The notes under the pieces were generated by a model. The model did no database searches. It was not told where the DNA came from and saw only the letters and a list, made by a program, of their open reading frames with translations. 32,000 nucleotides of DNA. Source: Microcystis aeruginosa NIES-2549 (GTDB taxonomy: Bacteria; Cyanobacteriota; Cyanobacteriia; Cyanobacteriales; Microcystaceae). Made by a program: the position numbers and the translations under genes. The stretch is from positions 2,130,001-2,162,000 of the forward strand of contig NZ_CP011304.1 in assembly GCF_000981785.2 (NCBI RefSeq), in the 5' to 3' direction. Shown in pieces: positions 29,707 to 32,000 of this stretch. Position 1 is the stretch's first letter, and each line of letters starts with the position of its first letter.

Positions 29707-32000
29707 TTATCTTCAGTAGGCAAAAGTGAAAAAATATCTATCAATCGGTCAATTTCAACCGCCTTAACTAATTTGCCTAAATCTTGAGTTAATTGGGGAT
29801 AATCAGGCTCAATTTCTGCAAGTAATCCCAGCATTGTTAATTCATCTAGTGCAGTTAGAGCCTCATAGAAAGCGCGACACCATTGAGGTGATATACCTTC
29901 AATAATTTTCGGAGTTAATGACATAAATTTACTGATTTTTACCTTGTCTTTTGCTACCAAATTAGTTTGCTCAGTCTGAATTTCTGCTTGTAAAATTTGG
30001 ACTGGTAAACAAAAATAAATCCGAGTTCCTTGAAGCACTTCGCTTTCTAAGCTAATACTACCGCCTAAAAGTTTAATATACTCTTGAGTTAGCATCAACC
30101 CCAAACCCGTTCCTTCAATTAAAGGATCAGGATTTTGACCTCGATAAAAAGCGTTAAACAGTAGTTCTTGTTCCGACTGGCTAATCCCGACTCCTGTATC
30201 TTCTATCCAAAAATTAAGTTGAGCATTTTCTTGATCTAATTTTTGCAAGGAGACTGTTAAAGAAATGCTTCCCACAGATGTAAACTTAAAGGCATTACTG
30301 AGCAAATTAAACAAGATTTGTCGTAACTTAGTTGCATCAACTCGAATTAGGCGAGGACAAGCGGTGAGAAAACTAACCTGAAAATCTAAGTTTTTTATCT
30401 CGCTACTAAGCTGAAAAATTGCTTCAATATCTCGAATAAAGTCTAAAAAGTTAAGAGATTGAGGCTGTATTGATAATTTTCCAGCTTCAATTTTAGCTAA
30501 GTCTAAAATGTTGGTAATTAATAAAAATAAATTTCTGCTATTTTTTCGCACAATATTGAGGGATTGAGTTAAGTGTTTTGGCAACGCCGGATCATTGACA
30601 ACTATGTCAGTAAACCCTAAAATCGCATGAAGGGGTGTTTTTAGCTCATGACTCATATTGGTTAGCAAAATGCTTTTAGCCTGATTGGCGATTTCTGCTT
30701 TTTCTTTAGCATCAGCAAGTTCTTCAGTCTGTTTCTTCACTTCTTGTGTTAAGATTTTGTTATAATCTTTCAGAAGTATTTCCGCTTGTTTTCTGTCGGT
30801 AATATCTTCAATAATAATCAGAGCAAAGATAATCTCATTGGCTTCGTCAAAAATCGGCTTTCCCAATATCTTAACTACAATACTTTGGTGATTGACTTTA
30901 ATAGTTATATCATCTAGAGTAAATGATTCTCCTATTAAAATTTTCTGCATATTTTTCTCAAAAAATTCTAGGCTTGCAGCCAATAAAATATTGCCTTCTT
31001 TGTTGATAAAAATTTGCTGTTTTTCCGAATTATAAACTGTAATACCAATCGGTATTGCTTCCAAAAACTGTCTTAATTGTTGTTCTTGAGACTGAAGTTT
31101 TTTTACATATTCCTTTAGTTGATACGCCATTTTTTTAAAGGCTTGAACTAAGTTTTGCAGTTCAGTAATCGAACTTGCTTTAAGTTTTTTTTGCCAATCT
31201 CCTTCGGACAAGGCTAAGGTTGCTTGACTTAATCGGGTAATCGGTTGAGTAATGTAATAAGCAGAAATTAAACCAATAATAATAGCCATCAATAAAGCTA
31301 AGACAGATAGCAGAAAAGTGAGACGTTGATTTTGCCAAATTTTCCCTAAAATATCAGCCTGTGGAATTACAATAATTGCTAACCATTGCAGTCCATTTTG
31401 TTGCTGGAGTGGAAGTGCTAAGACAAAATACTTTTGAGAGTTGATAACTAATGAAGAAAAATACTGTTTTTCAATTTTTTTTACTGGTAGATTGAGTAAT
31501 GTTTGTGATATCTTTTTGGTGATAAGATTAGGACTTTTAGTTGCCAACAAAGGAACTGCATTGCCATTAACAACTTCTAACTGACTTTGACCATTAGAAG
31601 TAGCAATTAAATAACCATTTTTATCAATAATAAAGACGCTACCCGTGCGCCCAATTTTCAGGGATTGCAAAAATTTATTTAGATAGGACAAATCTACCTG
31701 AATAGATGTTACCCCTAATAATTGAGAACGCTTCCCATTGTAGAGGGGACGAGAGAAGTTTATTACTAAATGTTTTTGAAAAACTTTATGGGCAAATAAG
31801 GGAGTCCATTGCATTTTGCCCGTTTTTATCACCTGGGTGTACCAGGGTCTGTTAGTCACTTTATATCGATTAGCGAGGATTTTGGGATTGCGTTTCTTTT
31901 GATAATTTTCTAGAGAAGAATAACCATAGTAATTATATTGCGTTTTTCTTCCTACTTCCGCTAACCCTTGAAGGATTTGACCTTGTTTGTTATAAGTGTG
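29703..32000 (-). CDS. Sensor histidine kinase (Cache-like periplasmic domain, TM, HAMP, PAS, HisKA, HATPase_c, about 73-aa C-terminal extension); 5' end lies outside the window
   Basis: The frame stays open from 31859 to the window end (HTYNKQGQILQGLAEVGRKTQYNYYGYSSLENYQKKRNPKILANRYKVTNRPWYTQ...), so the GTG in the track is not the real start. Motifs are RPWY and FIIDKNGYLIATSNG (Cache), TM LTFLLSVLALLMAIIIGLISAYYI, HAMP PITRLSQATLALSEGDW, H-box MSHELKTPLHAILGF, N-box LLSNAFKFT, and G-boxes DTGVGIS and GTGLGLML. Confidence 0.85.
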   Translation of the reverse strand, partial: HTYNKQGQILQGLAEVGRKTQYNYYGYSSLENYQKKRNPKILANRYKVTNRPWYTQVIKTGKMQWTPLFAHKVFQKHLVINFSRPLYNGKRSQLLGVTSIQVDLSYLNKFLQSLKIGRTGSVFIIDKNGYLIATSNGQSQLEVVNGNAVPLLATKSPNLITKKISQTLLNLPVKKIEKQYFSSLVINSQKYFVLALPLQQQNGLQWLAIIVIPQADILGKIWQNQRLTFLLSVLALLMAIIIGLISAYYITQPITRLSQATLALSEGDWQKKLKASSITELQNLVQAFKKMAYQLKEYVKKLQSQEQQLRQFLEAIPIGITVYNSEKQQIFINKEGNILLAASLEFFEKNMQKILIGESFTLDDITIKVNHQSIVVKILGKPIFDEANEIIFALIIIEDITDRKQAEILLKDYNKILTQEVKKQTEELADAKEKAEIANQAKSILLTNMSHELKTPLHAILGFTDIVVNDPALPKHLTQSLNIVRKNSRNLFLLITNILDLAKIEAGKLSIQPQSLNFLDFIRDIEAIFQLSSEIKNLDFQVSFLTACPRLIRVDATKLRQILFNLLSNAFKFTSVGSISLTVSLQKLDQENAQLNFWIEDTGVGISQSEQELLFNAFYRGQNPDPLIEGTGLGLMLTQEYIKLLGGSISLESEVLQGTRIYFCLPVQILQAEIQTEQTNLVAKDKVKISKFMSLTPKIIEGISPQWCRAFYEALTALDELTMLGLLAEIEPDYPQLTQDLGKLVKAVEIDRLIDIFSLLPTEDN

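Overview
This is a 32-kb chromosomal window from a cyanobacterium. The evidence is several HIP1 GCGATCGC octamers, heptanucleotide STRR-like tandem repeats, a CRY-DASH cryptochrome and a signal-peptide pentapeptide-repeat protein. The AT-rich spacers and gene content resemble Microcystis, but I cannot verify that without a database search. Layout: (i) 1-5.8 kb holds exopolysaccharide/O-antigen-type genes: a partial Wzy-like membrane protein, an FkbM methyltransferase and a Wzx-type flippase on the minus strand, and a Wzc-type chain-length determinant/BY-kinase on the plus strand. A Uma2 (DUF820) endonuclease gene sits between the two arms. (ii) 5.9-13.2 kb holds unrelated housekeeping and small membrane-protein genes: CRY-DASH, NadA, pentapeptide protein, DUF1003, TerC, a small Cys-rich ORF, DUF202 and SPFH/band-7. 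It also holds a repeat-rich 0.7-kb spacer. (iii) 13.8-14.1 kb is a GC-rich 5' remnant of metY, cut off after about 88 codons. (iv) 14.1-28.2 kb is one uninterrupted 14,088-nt minus-strand ORF encoding a 4,695-aa protein that is cysteine-free, acidic and rich in S/T/N/G. Its modules from N to C are: an unassigned N-terminal module, Ig-like repeats, LamG, 7 FG-GAP blades, an Asp-box propeller, 4 FG-GAP blades, an Asp-box propeller, 3 FG-GAP blades, RTX-like nonapeptides, Calx-beta, 6 cadherin-like modules (four of them near-identical 315-bp tandem repeats) and a DUF4114-like C-terminus. (v) 28.5-32 kb holds an atypical response regulator (LuxR-type HTH, then REC, then PAS) transcribed divergently from the giant gene. 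It converges, with a 4-nt overlap, on a Cache-HAMP-PAS histidine kinase that runs off the window. I saw no rRNA, tRNA, CRISPR array, transposase or recognisable defence system. The best candidate for something new is the giant Ca-binding adhesin/lectin-like gene together with its neighbouring two-component pair. All domain calls come from reading motifs by eye. Sub-domain coordinates are approximate (about +-30 nt), and no database search was run.
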